From: Chloroflexota bacterium
GTDB lineage: Bacteria; Chloroflexota; UBA11872; VXOZ01
DNA: 64,000 nt
Direction of reading: 5' to 3'
NCBI GenBank assembly: GCA_965221905.1
Contig: OZ244922.1
Location: forward strand, 1,952,001-2,016,000
Part shown: piece after piece, positions 20,010 through 30,197 of the stretch
How the letters are laid out: each line of letters opens with the position of its first letter
How positions within the stretch are numbered: the stretch's first letter is position 1
Made by a program: the position numbers and the translations under genes
The notes under the pieces: generated by a model
What the model was told of the DNA's origin: nothing
Database searches by the model: none
Seen by the model: only the letters and a program-made list of their open reading frames with translations

Positions 20010-20510
20010 ATGTTTGAGCAAGGTTCCACGTTTTCGCAAATCATCGGAACGTCACTGGCTAGCTTCCTGTTGGCGCTGCTATTTCTCCGCATTTACTTGC
20101 CCTTTGCGCCCAAGCGTCCAGGTAACCCAATAGGCAAGATCCGGCTTGGACTCCGCGAGAAAGTCCTCATCTTTCGCCCGACGTTGATTCCTATGCTGCT
20201 GCTCCTATTCGTAAATCAAATTCCCGTTTCCGGTATACAGTTTGCTTTTATGCTGCCGGGAACTGAGCTGATGATCATGCTGGCTATCGTAGTCGCGGCG
20301 GTCGTGCCGGTCTCGTACATCTTTACGACCGATGGCTATGCCCTGAGCAACGGCCAGGCGCACAAGTGGGAAACATTTCGCCGCTACGAGGTTGAGAACG
20401 GGGTTGTCGTGCTGGAAGGCAAGGGCGAGCGGCCGACCAAGCAGAAGCTATACATTCCATCCGAGAAAGAAGATGCCCTGCGCACGGTTTTGAAGCGTTT
20501 TGTCAGCTAG
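20010..20510 (+). CDS. Hypothetical membrane protein (3 TM + small soluble C-terminal domain)
   Basis: Hydrophobic helices followed by YIFTTDG...W..F..Y, typical of PH-like membrane proteins. Confidence 0.7.
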   Translation: MFEQGSTFSQIIGTSLASFLLALLFLRIYLPFAPKRPGNPIGKIRLGLREKVLIFRPTLIPMLLLLFVNQIPVSGIQFAFMLPGTELMIMLAIVVAAVVPVSYIFTTDGYALSNGQAHKWETFRRYEVENGVVVLEGKGERPTKQKLYIPSEKEDALRTVLKRFVS

Positions 20511-20596
20511 GCGCACATGAGACCCCTGAATTCCCTGTGCACACTGATCCAGTAGGGTGCTAGAACCCGCTTTGATAGCAAGAGGCGCGAGGACCC

Positions 20597-22030
20597 ATGA
20601 AGCGAAATTCGCGTCAGGAGGACCCCCCTCCCTCTCTCTTCCCGGAATCGGAAGCACACGCCAGCCGCGAGAGTGCCCCTGCTCGTCGTCGCGCAACAAG
20701 CGCTGCACCTCTAGCTACCCGTATGCGTCCGTTGTCTCTTGACGAATACGTGGGGCAAGCTCACCTCCTCGGAGAAAAAGGCGTGCTGCGTCAGGCAATC
20801 ACGATGGACCGCATCCCTTCTATGGTACTTTGGGGTCCGCCTGGATCGGGTAAGACCTCGCTGGCCGCCATCATCGGCCGCACGGCAAAGGCCAAGATTG
20901 CCAGTCTGAGCGCCGTGAGCGCCGGTGTCGCCGATCTCCGCAAAGTAGTTGAGGAGGCCCAGGCGCGGCTTGAACTCACCGGCCGGCGCACTATCCTCTT
21001 CATCGATGAGATCCACCGCTTCTCCAAAAGCCAGCAGGATGCCATCTTGCCTTATGTGGAAGACGGTACGGTAACGCTAATTGGGGCAACGACAGAAAAC
21101 CCTTCGTTTGAGGTCAATGCTCCTTTGCTCTCCCGTACTCGCGTCTACAAGCTCGAGCCGCTCACCGATTCGGAGATAGAGGCGCTGGTAACCCGGTGTC
21201 TGAAGGACTCGACACGCGGGCTTGGCGATCTCCAAGTGGACGTGCAGCCGGAGGCCTTGAAGTTTCTCGTAAGCATGGCCAATGGCGACGCCCGTGTGGC
21301 GCTCAATGCGCTGGAACTCGCCGTTACACTAGCCAAAGGGGACGACACCGGTCAGCGTTCAGTCACAGAAGAAGACATTTCTAAGGCGCTCCAAAGGAGA
21401 GTGCTCCCCCATGACAAGAAGGGGGATTCTCATTACGACCTTATCTCTGCATATATCAAGAGTGTGCGCGGCAGCGATCCTGGCGCTGCGGTTTATTGGC
21501 TGGCGCGCATGCTCGAAGGCGGGGAGGACCCGCTCTTCATCGTGCGTCGGATGGTGATTCTTGCTTCAGAAGACATCGGCCTCGCAGACCCGCACGCGCT
21601 CGGTGTCGCTGTTGCCGCTCAGCAAGCCGTGCACTTCATCGGCATGCCGGAGGGGATCTACCCGCTCACACAGGCAACGCTCTACCTTGCCACGGCGCCA
21701 AAGAGTAATTCGGCGCTGCGGGCGTACGCCGCGACGCGGGATGCCATCCAAGAGACGGGCAATCTCAGCGTACCGCTCCATCTGCGTAATGCGCCAACAG
21801 GGCTGATGGCGGCGTTCGGACACGGCAAGGACTACAAGTATCCGCACTCGTTTGAGGAGAATTGGGTAGCTGAAGAATACTTGCCCGCACCCCTGCAGGG
21901 CCAGCGTTACTACGAACCCGGCACTGTCGGATTCGAGCGCAAGATTAAGGAGCGGCTAGAGGAGCACGGAGCACGCCGTACACTCCCGGCCGCAGATAAC
22001 GAAGACTCCGCGAGTGCATCGGAGAAGTAA
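20597..22030 (+). CDS. rarA: Replication-associated recombination protein A
   Basis: PLATRMRP, GPPGSGKT, FIDEIHRF, GATTENP, KSVRGSD, SEDIGLADP, VPLHLRN. Confidence 0.96.
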   Translation: MKRNSRQEDPPPSLFPESEAHASRESAPARRRATSAAPLATRMRPLSLDEYVGQAHLLGEKGVLRQAITMDRIPSMVLWGPPGSGKTSLAAIIGRTAKAKIASLSAVSAGVADLRKVVEEAQARLELTGRRTILFIDEIHRFSKSQQDAILPYVEDGTVTLIGATTENPSFEVNAPLLSRTRVYKLEPLTDSEIEALVTRCLKDSTRGLGDLQVDVQPEALKFLVSMANGDARVALNALELAVTLAKGDDTGQRSVTEEDISKALQRRVLPHDKKGDSHYDLISAYIKSVRGSDPGAAVYWLARMLEGGEDPLFIVRRMVILASEDIGLADPHALGVAVAAQQAVHFIGMPEGIYPLTQATLYLATAPKSNSALRAYAATRDAIQETGNLSVPLHLRNAPTGLMAAFGHGKDYKYPHSFEENWVAEEYLPAPLQGQRYYEPGTVGFERKIKERLEEHGARRTLPAADNEDSASASEK

Positions 22031-22141
22031 CCTCAGATGCTCACTGCGGCAGTTGGCATGCAATGCCATATGTCTCAGTTGCCAACCGCGCATCCGAAGC
22101 GGGAGCCATTTGGACTTGCAGGCTAGCGCAGTGCGAGATTA

Positions 22142-22286
22142 CTAGCACTTGTCTCATAAATACATCGCTCGGTGTAGACTTGCCCTTCGACAGGCTCAGG
22201 GCGAACGGGAAAGGCGAGAATCCGTTTGTGCTGAGCTTGTCGAGGCATGAATCGGCTATCGAACCGATCTATGAGATAGCTTCTAG
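22142..22286. mobile_element. MITE-like element with CTAG ends enclosing a REP-like hairpin
   Basis: Left end CTAGCACTTGTCTCATAAAT and reverse complement of right end CTAGAAGCTATCTCATAGAT are imperfect TIRs. Internal hairpin arms at 22183-22208 and 22222-22245. Confidence 0.6.
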
Positions 22287-23458
22287 AAAAGACCCCTCAC
22301 GGGCCGGGCATATCCCGTAAGCTCCGCGTAGCCGTAACCATCAGCATCTCCGCTCACGCGCACGGCGCCTTCCCAATACGTCACGCTGCCTAGGAGTTCT
22401 TGGTCCTTGAGCAGCGGCTCTAGGATCAGTCGCAGTGCGCTATCGCCAGTGTCCACTGTAATCTCCCATCCGGCGGGATATGCGCCGCCGCTGTGCTTGC
22501 TCTGCCACGTGCCCAGGGACGTGATGGAGAACATGCCTGCAGTCAGATAGCGGGTCTGACCGTCGGCCAAGATAAGCAGACCGCCAAAGCGTGGTTCCAC
22601 ACTACCGTCTTGACGCCGAATCTGCCCCACCATGAGGTCGCGCCCGTCGCTGAGGTGTAATGCGAACCAGTCCCAACCCACGGCTCCCGCGCTCAGCGCG
22701 CTGGTTCCGAACTCACGGTCCATCCAACTCGTGCCGCTAACGGGAAATTCCTCGTTGCCTATCACCAGTGTGCCCGTCGTTTCAAGCCGCGTGAGCGAGT
22801 AGTAGTAGCTGGCATTACCGGCCTCCGGCCCCTTTTGGCTCAGGCCGTTGTCACCATGGAGAGCAGGTGCCTTGACGGACGTGAGCGTGAAATTAATGGC
22901 AAAGCCGTCCCCTTCTGCATTGATTTGCATCTGTGAAGCAGAATCTTCCAGGGCATGAACCGACCAATCGTCTATCCAAACACGGAACCGGGGTGAGATC
23001 TCTGCGCCTGCAAGGCCCGCCGCGCTGCGGCTAAACCGCTCTTCCTGGTAGAACGTGCCGCCTGCGACGTCGCTTACCGTAAAGTGCGCCATGTAGATCT
23101 GGTTCGTGTGCCATTCCGACTGAGAATCTCTTTGATCCGGGGTCACGGCACGGCGAAAGATAGTGAACTGGTACCCAAATCGGCGGCCGGAGGCTGTGGT
23201 CAGGTTCCCGGTGTAGTACCACCATTCCGTCTGAAACGCCGGATGCGGCCCGTGGTCGCGAGGGAATTCCCACGGCCAGGGCCCAACGGCCCGCGCATAG
23301 CCGTCGGTATCGAGTTGGGGCGGGAGGATAACGGTGTCCGCGCCGATAGGCTCCATCGGCTTGTTTGAAACCCATACGACGCCAAAGACCGGCAGCGCAA
23401 GCACAGCCGCAATGAGGACGGAAATGAGCAGCCTCTTATTGAAATAGGCTTTATTCAT
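22283..23458 (-). CDS. AttH/CrtC-like lipocalin-domain protein, membrane-anchored
   Basis: FPRDHGPHP...EWWYYTG, SYYYS, WMDREF, GWDWF, YWEG, GYAELTGY. N-terminal TM; ATG 23458 overlaps the permease stop. Confidence 0.88.
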   Translation of the reverse strand: MNKAYFNKRLLISVLIAAVLALPVFGVVWVSNKPMEPIGADTVILPPQLDTDGYARAVGPWPWEFPRDHGPHPAFQTEWWYYTGNLTTASGRRFGYQFTIFRRAVTPDQRDSQSEWHTNQIYMAHFTVSDVAGGTFYQEERFSRSAAGLAGAEISPRFRVWIDDWSVHALEDSASQMQINAEGDGFAINFTLTSVKAPALHGDNGLSQKGPEAGNASYYYSLTRLETTGTLVIGNEEFPVSGTSWMDREFGTSALSAGAVGWDWFALHLSDGRDLMVGQIRRQDGSVEPRFGGLLILADGQTRYLTAGMFSITSLGTWQSKHSGGAYPAGWEITVDTGDSALRLILEPLLKDQELLGSVTYWEGAVRVSGDADGYGYAELTGYARPVRGLF

Positions 23459-26018
23459 TGCGAATAGCCTCTGCCGGGGCAAGATGGGCAACGCGCCAAG
23501 CCGGGTACGCTCCCGCCAGTAGTGCAGCCGTCATTGCGATAAATACTGCTTGCAACAGAGAGCCTGCGGGCACGAGGTAGGTGAAGCTCCAGCCGAACGC
23601 ACGTACGTTGATAACGTCGATGAGCATCTTTGCCAGCAGTAAGCCAATGGGCAGCGCAAAAAGACCGGCTGAGAGACCCATTAGTCCTGTTTCAAACAAT
23701 GTAAGCCTCCAGAGTTGTCCCGCCGTGAGGCCGAGCGCGCGCATCGTGCCAAGTGTGCGTCTTTGATCGAGTTGCAGCGCCATGAGCGCACTTAGAATGC
23801 CGATAAAGGCCACGAGAGCGGCGAGGCTGCGCAAGGCGGCAGTGATGCTGAAGGCACGGTCAAAAACGGCGAAGACTTCCGTCCGAAGCTCGCGGGTGCT
23901 CTGCACCCTCAACTGCTGGTCAGCGACCAATCGGCGCACGCTTTCAACTACGTCTTGGGTCTGGGCCTCGAGTGTGAGGAAGAGCGCGAATGTCGAGACC
24001 CAGGGATCGGCATAGAAGCCCCGATATATAGAATCCGCCATCAGCACGATTCCCTGGTCCGATCCGTAGTGGTAATACGCGCCAACGACGAGAAACGTGC
24101 GGGGGCCTTGGTCGGTGAGCAGCGTAAGCGTGTTTGATTCAGGTGTAATCTGGCGGCGGTAGGCGAACGACTCTGTAACGACAATGGCCCCTTCTTCCAT
24201 GGCGGCCCAGACCTCTTCCTGTGGCACAGTCAGCCAGAGATAACGACGTGAGCGGTCAGCCAAGTCTCTACTCACCGCAATCAGATTAACCGGCGGCAAC
24301 TCCGGATAGTCTGGAGCCAACACCGGTACGTCGCGTGCAGTCAGCACCTGAGCCACGCCCGGCACGTCTTGTAATCGGTCTGCCAGCTCTGGATCGAGAT
24401 TTACCGTTTCGAGTAGGCCGCTCGTCGGTGCCGAAATGAAGACGTCCGCGGTCAATGCCCCATCGAGCCAGGTCGTTACCGTTCCCCGGAAACTCGTTAT
24501 CATCACACTCACGCCAACTATGACGCTAACAGCGAGCGCAAGCGCCGCTACCGCTACGCCGGTCTTGCTTAGCGAACGAATGATGGCGCGCGGAGCCATC
24601 GACCCAAGCGTGCCGAATAAACGACCGGTGATCGGCTGCACGATGCGCATGGTGAGCAGCAACGCGGCTGGGGTAAAGAGAATACTCCCAATGAGAACCA
24701 GAAAGAGCGCACCAAAGCCAAAGAAAAGGCTGTGCGATTGAATCCGCGTGAGGATGAAACCGGTAGCCAATACGAAAGACCCAACTACGGCTGCCACGTC
24801 TACGCGAGAACGAGTCGCTTGTTCGGCATCGGCACTCCGGAGGGCGCTGGCGGCTGTGATGCGGGTGGCGCTCAGGGCAGGAATGAGCGCCGCGCCCAGG
24901 CTGGCAACAAAGCCCGTGATGACGCCCTTGGCAATGGTCAGAGAGGAAAGGGTGAGCATCTGCACCTCCACCCGATAGTAGAGGTCGGTGATGGTCCTGG
25001 TTACCGCTCCCACGAGGAATCCGCCAAGCAGGTATCCGGCCGCCAGACCGAGCAGCGTGCCGACGATGCCGAAAACGAGGGCTTCCAGGAAAATGGTGAC
25101 GAACACTTGACGGCGCGTTGCGCCAATCGCGCGCAGCATCCCAAGCTGTACCCGTCGCTGTACTACGCTGAACGACATAATGTTGTAAACGAGAAACATA
25201 CCGACAACAAGCGCGAGGAGACTGAGGGCTTGCAGATTCAGGGTAAAGCTGCCGCTAAGCTGCTCCAGGGTGTTGCGATTGCTCTCTACCGGCCTGAGAA
25301 CAACGCCGGGAGGCAGGACGTCTCCAATGCGCGAAAGTGAACCGTACTCCGAAAGGATGAGGTCTATGCGGGTTAGTCGACCGGCAGTGTCCAGGAACTC
25401 TTGCGCCGTGGCGATGTCTGCAATGACTAAAGAGGAGAGTGCTTGCGCGCTCAGTTCATTCCAGGGACGAATGATACCCACAAGGGTGAACGTCTCCCGG
25501 TTCTGCGCCGTGTACAGAGCGAATTGGTCCCCGGGTTGGATTCCAAGCCGCGCAGCCACGGACTCTGACACTATTACGGTATTAGGTTCCGTTAGTAGTC
25601 TCAGCACTGCTTGTCCCGATACGCCCGTAGCGCTCGAAGGCGCTGCGCCAGACAAGAACTGCCGCATCTGCGATTCGGCGAAAGGATCGATACCCAGCAG
25701 GGTGAGCACGATGTCTTGCTCGCCGGTCCGGACCGTGCCCTGAACCGCTGGGGAAGCAGCGCGAAAACCAAGGTCGACGCGCAGGGCGCGATAAAGGGTG
25801 GAGGGGACCCCCCTAGGGCCGCCCACGATTTCGTGGGTTGCGTTGCCCTGGAGGCTTGCAACACTCAGCGAAAACGCACGGCGCGCCGACTCAGCGGCCA
25901 CGTCAACGCCCACCACCAACGCGACCCCCGCCACTATGCTGAAGACGAAGAGTGCGCTTTGCAACATGCGCCGCTGCAGCGCCCGGTAGGCGAGCCGGGC
26001 CAGAACCGTGATGCTCAT
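23451..26018 (-). CDS. ABC transporter permease, double FtsX/MacB domain (AttF/G-like)
   Basis: Two FtsX motifs (QRRVQLGMLRAIGAT; QRRTLGTMRALGLT) with extracytoplasmic domains. Confidence 0.92.
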   Translation of the reverse strand: MSITVLARLAYRALQRRMLQSALFVFSIVAGVALVVGVDVAAESARRAFSLSVASLQGNATHEIVGGPRGVPSTLYRALRVDLGFRAASPAVQGTVRTGEQDIVLTLLGIDPFAESQMRQFLSGAAPSSATGVSGQAVLRLLTEPNTVIVSESVAARLGIQPGDQFALYTAQNRETFTLVGIIRPWNELSAQALSSLVIADIATAQEFLDTAGRLTRIDLILSEYGSLSRIGDVLPPGVVLRPVESNRNTLEQLSGSFTLNLQALSLLALVVGMFLVYNIMSFSVVQRRVQLGMLRAIGATRRQVFVTIFLEALVFGIVGTLLGLAAGYLLGGFLVGAVTRTITDLYYRVEVQMLTLSSLTIAKGVITGFVASLGAALIPALSATRITAASALRSADAEQATRSRVDVAAVVGSFVLATGFILTRIQSHSLFFGFGALFLVLIGSILFTPAALLLTMRIVQPITGRLFGTLGSMAPRAIIRSLSKTGVAVAALALAVSVIVGVSVMITSFRGTVTTWLDGALTADVFISAPTSGLLETVNLDPELADRLQDVPGVAQVLTARDVPVLAPDYPELPPVNLIAVSRDLADRSRRYLWLTVPQEEVWAAMEEGAIVVTESFAYRRQITPESNTLTLLTDQGPRTFLVVGAYYHYGSDQGIVLMADSIYRGFYADPWVSTFALFLTLEAQTQDVVESVRRLVADQQLRVQSTRELRTEVFAVFDRAFSITAALRSLAALVAFIGILSALMALQLDQRRTLGTMRALGLTAGQLWRLTLFETGLMGLSAGLFALPIGLLLAKMLIDVINVRAFGWSFTYLVPAGSLLQAVFIAMTAALLAGAYPAWRVAHLAPAEAIRNE

Positions 26019-26734
26019 GGGGCTCCGATGAGGGACGCAGATGCAGGATGAGGGGTGAGCGCTCCGCCGTGGAGCCGACAGATGCGGGAGGCCTGCTGTA
26101 CAATCTCGTGGTCGTGGGTCGCCATCAACAGCGTGCGTCCGGCTTCGCGCGTGAGCTCCAGCAAGAGTGAGAGGACCAGCGTACTGTTCTCGGCATCCAG
26201 ATTTCCCGTTGGTTCGTCGGCAAGCACAATGAGCGGCTCATGTGCCAGCGCGCGCACGATTGCCACCCGCTGCTGCTCGCCGCCACTGAGCCTATCCGGG
26301 AATGAGTGCTTGCGATCACTGAGGCCGACGCGCTTGAGCAGAGCCGCAGCATGGTCCCTCAGCCTTGCGTCCACCGTGCCTTCGAGCTCTGCCGGTAAGA
26401 GCACGTTCTCCCATACGGTGAGCGTAGGAATGAGATTAAAGAACTGAAAAACCATGCCGATGTGGCGGCGGCGGAAACAGGTGCGCTCGGTGTCGCCAAG
26501 ACTGGTAAGCTCGTTACCGTCGAGGGTGATGGAGCCGCTGTCCGGCGTATCTATGCCGCCGATAAGGTGCAGCAAGGTGGTCTTGCCGCTGCCGCTACTT
26601 CCCAGGATAGCGAGGAAGTCACCGCGGCATACCTCCAGGCTCACGTTGTTCAGTACAACGCGCTGCTCTCCGTGGTCGAAATAGGACTTGCTTAGCTTGC
26701 GAAGGGAGACGAGAGGGCTGCGGTCATTAGCCAT
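26015..26734 (-). CDS. ABC transporter ATP-binding protein (LolD/MacB-like, AttE-like)
   Basis: GSSGSGKTT, FQFFNL, LSGGEQQR, LADEPTGNLD, THD. Start trimmed to ATG 26734. Confidence 0.92.
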   Translation of the reverse strand: MANDRSPLVSLRKLSKSYFDHGEQRVVLNNVSLEVCRGDFLAILGSSGSGKTTLLHLIGGIDTPDSGSITLDGNELTSLGDTERTCFRRRHIGMVFQFFNLIPTLTVWENVLLPAELEGTVDARLRDHAAALLKRVGLSDRKHSFPDRLSGGEQQRVAIVRALAHEPLIVLADEPTGNLDAENSTLVLSLLLELTREAGRTLLMATHDHEIVQQASRICRLHGGALTPHPASASLIGAP

Positions 26735-26870
26735 GGCTCGAGTATGATGATTTCCTTGTCTCGTCTCGTTCAGCCGTACAGGAGTGCGTGGCGAACCTTG
26801 CGCAACCAAGTTTGCGGCGATCGCTCTAAACGGCCGGTCGACACTACGCACTTGCGACGGAGAGTTAGTT

Positions 26871-26945
26871 TGGTACCCCCAGGGCGACTCGAACGCCCGC
26901 CCCTGGCTCCGGAGGCCAGTGCTCTATCCACTGAGCTATGGGGGC
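26871..26945 (-). tRNA. tRNA-Arg (CCG)
   Basis: Minus strand GCCCCCATAGCTCAGTGGATAGAGCACTGGCCTCCGGAGCCAGGGGCGGGCGTTCGAGTCGCCCTGGGGGTACCA: cloverleaf, anticodon CCG, TTCGA T-loop, encoded CCA. Confidence 0.97.
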
Positions 26946-27051
26946 ATGTTCTCTTCTATGATACCAGACCGTTGCACGACCACAATGAACTGCGGAGACC
27001 GGAAAGCCCGTTACGATTGTGCGAGTAATGTACGCTTGGCGTTCGCCATGC

Positions 27052-27112
27052 GCTTGCCCGTCCTGAGCATGTCGAAGGGCAGTTCATGCTTCGACAGGCT
27101 CAGCACGAACGG
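27052..27112. repeat. REP-like palindromic repeat (CTTCGACAGGCTCAG family)
   Basis: CTGAGCATGTCGAAG-N11-CTTCGACAGGCTCAG; same family as 22183 and 49116. Confidence 0.8.
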
Positions 27113-27170
27113 TTTCCATGGGCTTTGCAAACACCCTCTAAGAGGGGTCGGTGGTCAAAGATCTGCTGCT

Positions 27171-28646
27171 CTATCGCGTGGTCGCCAGCTTGCCGACTTC
27201 CTCGAAGGCGGCCTGCGCCCACTCCACCGCTCCGGCAGGATAGATGCCGAGCACGAGAGTGCCTATGACGCCGACAGCGACCACTGCGCCAACAGCGGTA
27301 GATGGGGCAACCGGCAGCGTACGCGGTTCGCCGTCAACCATGTACATGTTTACAACGACGCGCAGGTAATAGTACGCCGAGACCGTACTGGTGAGCACGA
27401 GGACGACCGCCACCCAGGTCAAACCGGCATTTACAGCCACTTGCAGCAGGTATAGTTTGCCGAAGAAACCCGCCGCAGGGGGAATGCCGGTAAGCGAAAT
27501 CATGAATACCACCATGGCGACAGCGAGCAATGGCGAGCTACGGCCGAGGTTTTGGAAGTCCTCTATATCGGTGCCGCCGGTCTTGCGCTCGACCGCAAAT
27601 GTCACGGCAAAGGCGCCGAGCGTCATCAGGGCGTAGACCACGGCGTAAAACATGACCGCTGCCACGGCGTCTCGCAGGAGACCGCCTGCCTCGGATTGGG
27701 CGTGCACCACAGCGATGCCGACAAGCATGTAGCCGGTATGCGCAATTGAGGAGTAGGCCAACAGACGCTTCACGTCGCGTTGCCAGATAGCAACAAAGTT
27801 GCCGACAATCATGCTGCCTACCGCGACCGCAATAATGATCGGAAGGACCATGTCTTGCCAGGGCTCAAGCCCGTGCACGACGACCCGCAAAAGTCCCGCC
27901 ATGGCGCCCATCTTGGCCCCGGCCGCCAGAAAGGCCGTGGACGGCGTGGGTGCTCCTTGGTAGGCGTCCGGTGTCCACATATGGAACGGCACCGCGGCCA
28001 CTTTGAACGCCAGACCGACCAGCAGAAGGCCAAGCCCAAGCAAGAACCAAGGGTTCGTAGCGCCTTGGCTTTGCACATACAGGCCCATGTCCCTCAGGTT
28101 CGTAGTGCCGGTGAGGCCAAACAGCCAGGCGATTCCGTAGAGCATCACCCCGGAAGCAAACGCGCCGAGGAGGAAGTACTTGAGTGCGCCTTCCGTGGCG
28201 CGAAATCTATCGCGCTTGATGGCGACAAGGACGTATACCGAAATCGAAGTTAGCTCGATGCCGAGGTACAGTGTGATGAGATCACCGGTCGCGCCAAGCA
28301 AGAGCATGCCGACGGTGGCAAACAGAATGAGCGCAGTCAGTTCAGCAAAAGGCACGTCTTTCGATTGCGCAAAGGCCAGCACAACGCTCAGAGCGGCTAT
28401 AGCGATGAAGAGTACCTTGAAGAAGACCGCGTATCCATCCGTCAGCACCATGCCGCCAAATGCGGTGGCACCGTCTGAACGCACGATTATGCTGACGAGA
28501 ATCGCGACTACGCTGCCAACCACCACCAGACCCATCAGGCCGCGATGGGTCCGCCGTCCGCCAAACGCGTCCACCATGAGGACACACGCAGCAACAACCG
28601 TGATGATTATTTCAGGGAGTATGCTAATGAGGTCTTCAGTTTGCAC
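27171..28646 (-). CDS. nuoN: NADH-quinone oxidoreductase subunit N
   Basis: EGALKYFLLG, FKVAAVPFHMWTPDAYQGAP, KRLLAYSSIAH. Confidence 0.96.
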   Translation of the reverse strand: MQTEDLISILPEIIITVVAACVLMVDAFGGRRTHRGLMGLVVVGSVVAILVSIIVRSDGATAFGGMVLTDGYAVFFKVLFIAIAALSVVLAFAQSKDVPFAELTALILFATVGMLLLGATGDLITLYLGIELTSISVYVLVAIKRDRFRATEGALKYFLLGAFASGVMLYGIAWLFGLTGTTNLRDMGLYVQSQGATNPWFLLGLGLLLVGLAFKVAAVPFHMWTPDAYQGAPTPSTAFLAAGAKMGAMAGLLRVVVHGLEPWQDMVLPIIIAVAVGSMIVGNFVAIWQRDVKRLLAYSSIAHTGYMLVGIAVVHAQSEAGGLLRDAVAAVMFYAVVYALMTLGAFAVTFAVERKTGGTDIEDFQNLGRSSPLLAVAMVVFMISLTGIPPAAGFFGKLYLLQVAVNAGLTWVAVVLVLTSTVSAYYYLRVVVNMYMVDGEPRTLPVAPSTAVGAVVAVGVIGTLVLGIYPAGAVEWAQAAFEEVGKLATTR

Positions 28647-28684
28647 TTGCTATGTCCTCACTCACGCCCTCTAGGCAATGGGAG

Positions 28685-30193
28685 CTATCTTGTTAGACCG
28701 CTTGTAACATCGGATGCTGTTATTGCTTGCACGATACCACTGGTGTCAGCCGTAAACAGCCCAATGAATTCTTGCGGCTGCACGCCTGCCCACATTACTA
28801 CCACCGCTATGGCTACGAGCACCGCAGTCTCAAGTCTGGTGAGATCCGTTAAACGGCTATGTGCTTCTTTCATCGAACCAAGCATCACCCGCCAGTACAT
28901 CCAGAGCATGTACGCCGCGGAGAGAATGATGCCGAACACCGCAAGTACGCCAAAGATACGGATTTCATCAACAAAAGCGCCGAGCAGCACCATAAACTCG
29001 CCTACAAAGCCTGAGAGCCCCGGCAAGCCAATTGAGGCCAGCGAGAAGAAGAGGAACAGCACGGCGTACACCGGCCAGCGGTGCGCCAGTCCGCCCAGGT
29101 TGGCAATCAGACGGTCGTGCGTGCGTTCATAGAGCTGTCCCACACAGAGGAAGAGCGCGCCGGTAACCAAGCCGTGGCTGAACATCTGCATCATGGCACC
29201 GTCGATTCCTTGCTGCGTAAACGAGAAGATTCCCAATGTTACGAAACCCATGTGGCTCACCGAGGAGTAGGCGATGAGCTTCTTCAAGTCAGTCTGCATG
29301 AGGGCAACCAATGCCCCATAGATAATCGCGATTACGGACAACACGAGAATGGCCGTCTGCGCAATCTGGCTCGCATCGGGGAAGAGGGGCAAACTAAAGC
29401 GAATGAATCCATACCCGCCCATTTTGAGCAAGATGCCGGCCAGAATAACACTGCCGGTGGTTGGGGCTTCCACGTGCGCATCCGGCAGCCACGTATGGAA
29501 CGGCACCATGGGCACCTTGATTGCAAAGGCGAGGAAGAAAGCCAGAAACGCCCAAAGCTGGAACTGCTCACCGTATGTCCCTTGCGTGAGTTCGAGAATG
29601 TCGAAAGTAAACACGCCCGTGGTATTGCCATGCACAAAATAGAGTGCCAGAATTGCCACGAGCATAAGCAAACTGCCAAAGAGCGTGTAGAGTACAAACT
29701 TCAACGTCGCGTAAACCCGGCGCTCGCCGCCCCAAACGCCGATCAGCACGTACATGGGAATCAGCATGATTTCCCAGAAGACATAGAAGAGTACAAAGTC
29801 CAGCGCCAGGAACACACCCGTGATGCCTACTTCCAAGAGAAGCATCGTGAAGAGGTACTCTTTCACTCGTACGTTCACGGACGCCCATGCGTAAATGATG
29901 CAGAGGAAGAACAGGAACGTATTGAGGAGCACCATCACGAGGCTAATGCCATCTATGCCCAGCGCGTACTGAATGCCGAGAGCCGGCAGCCAGTCAAACG
30001 TCTCCCGGAACTGCATGCCGTCACCGGGGATGAAGCTCGCCCACACCGCCACGCTCAGCACCAATGAGAGTGCCGTGCCTGCCACAGCCACCGCGAACAT
30101 CGCGCGGCGTTCAGACAGGAACAGCAGGATGACGGCTGCGATGAGCGGTAACCAGAGAACGAGGGAAAGAATGGGGATTGTGTTCAGGGTCAT
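28685..30193 (-). CDS. nuoM: NADH-quinone oxidoreductase subunit M
   Basis: FYVFWE, KVPMVPFHTWLPDAHVEAP, KKLIAYSSVSHMG. Confidence 0.96.
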   Translation of the reverse strand: MTLNTIPILSLVLWLPLIAAVILLFLSERRAMFAVAVAGTALSLVLSVAVWASFIPGDGMQFRETFDWLPALGIQYALGIDGISLVMVLLNTFLFFLCIIYAWASVNVRVKEYLFTMLLLEVGITGVFLALDFVLFYVFWEIMLIPMYVLIGVWGGERRVYATLKFVLYTLFGSLLMLVAILALYFVHGNTTGVFTFDILELTQGTYGEQFQLWAFLAFFLAFAIKVPMVPFHTWLPDAHVEAPTTGSVILAGILLKMGGYGFIRFSLPLFPDASQIAQTAILVLSVIAIIYGALVALMQTDLKKLIAYSSVSHMGFVTLGIFSFTQQGIDGAMMQMFSHGLVTGALFLCVGQLYERTHDRLIANLGGLAHRWPVYAVLFLFFSLASIGLPGLSGFVGEFMVLLGAFVDEIRIFGVLAVFGIILSAAYMLWMYWRVMLGSMKEAHSRLTDLTRLETAVLVAIAVVVMWAGVQPQEFIGLFTADTSGIVQAITASDVTSGLTR

Positions 30194-30197
30194 TACC

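Noticed and set aside
22031-26870. Genomic island integrated at the tRNA-Arg 3' end
   Set aside because: No integrase and no direct repeat of the tRNA 3' end found.
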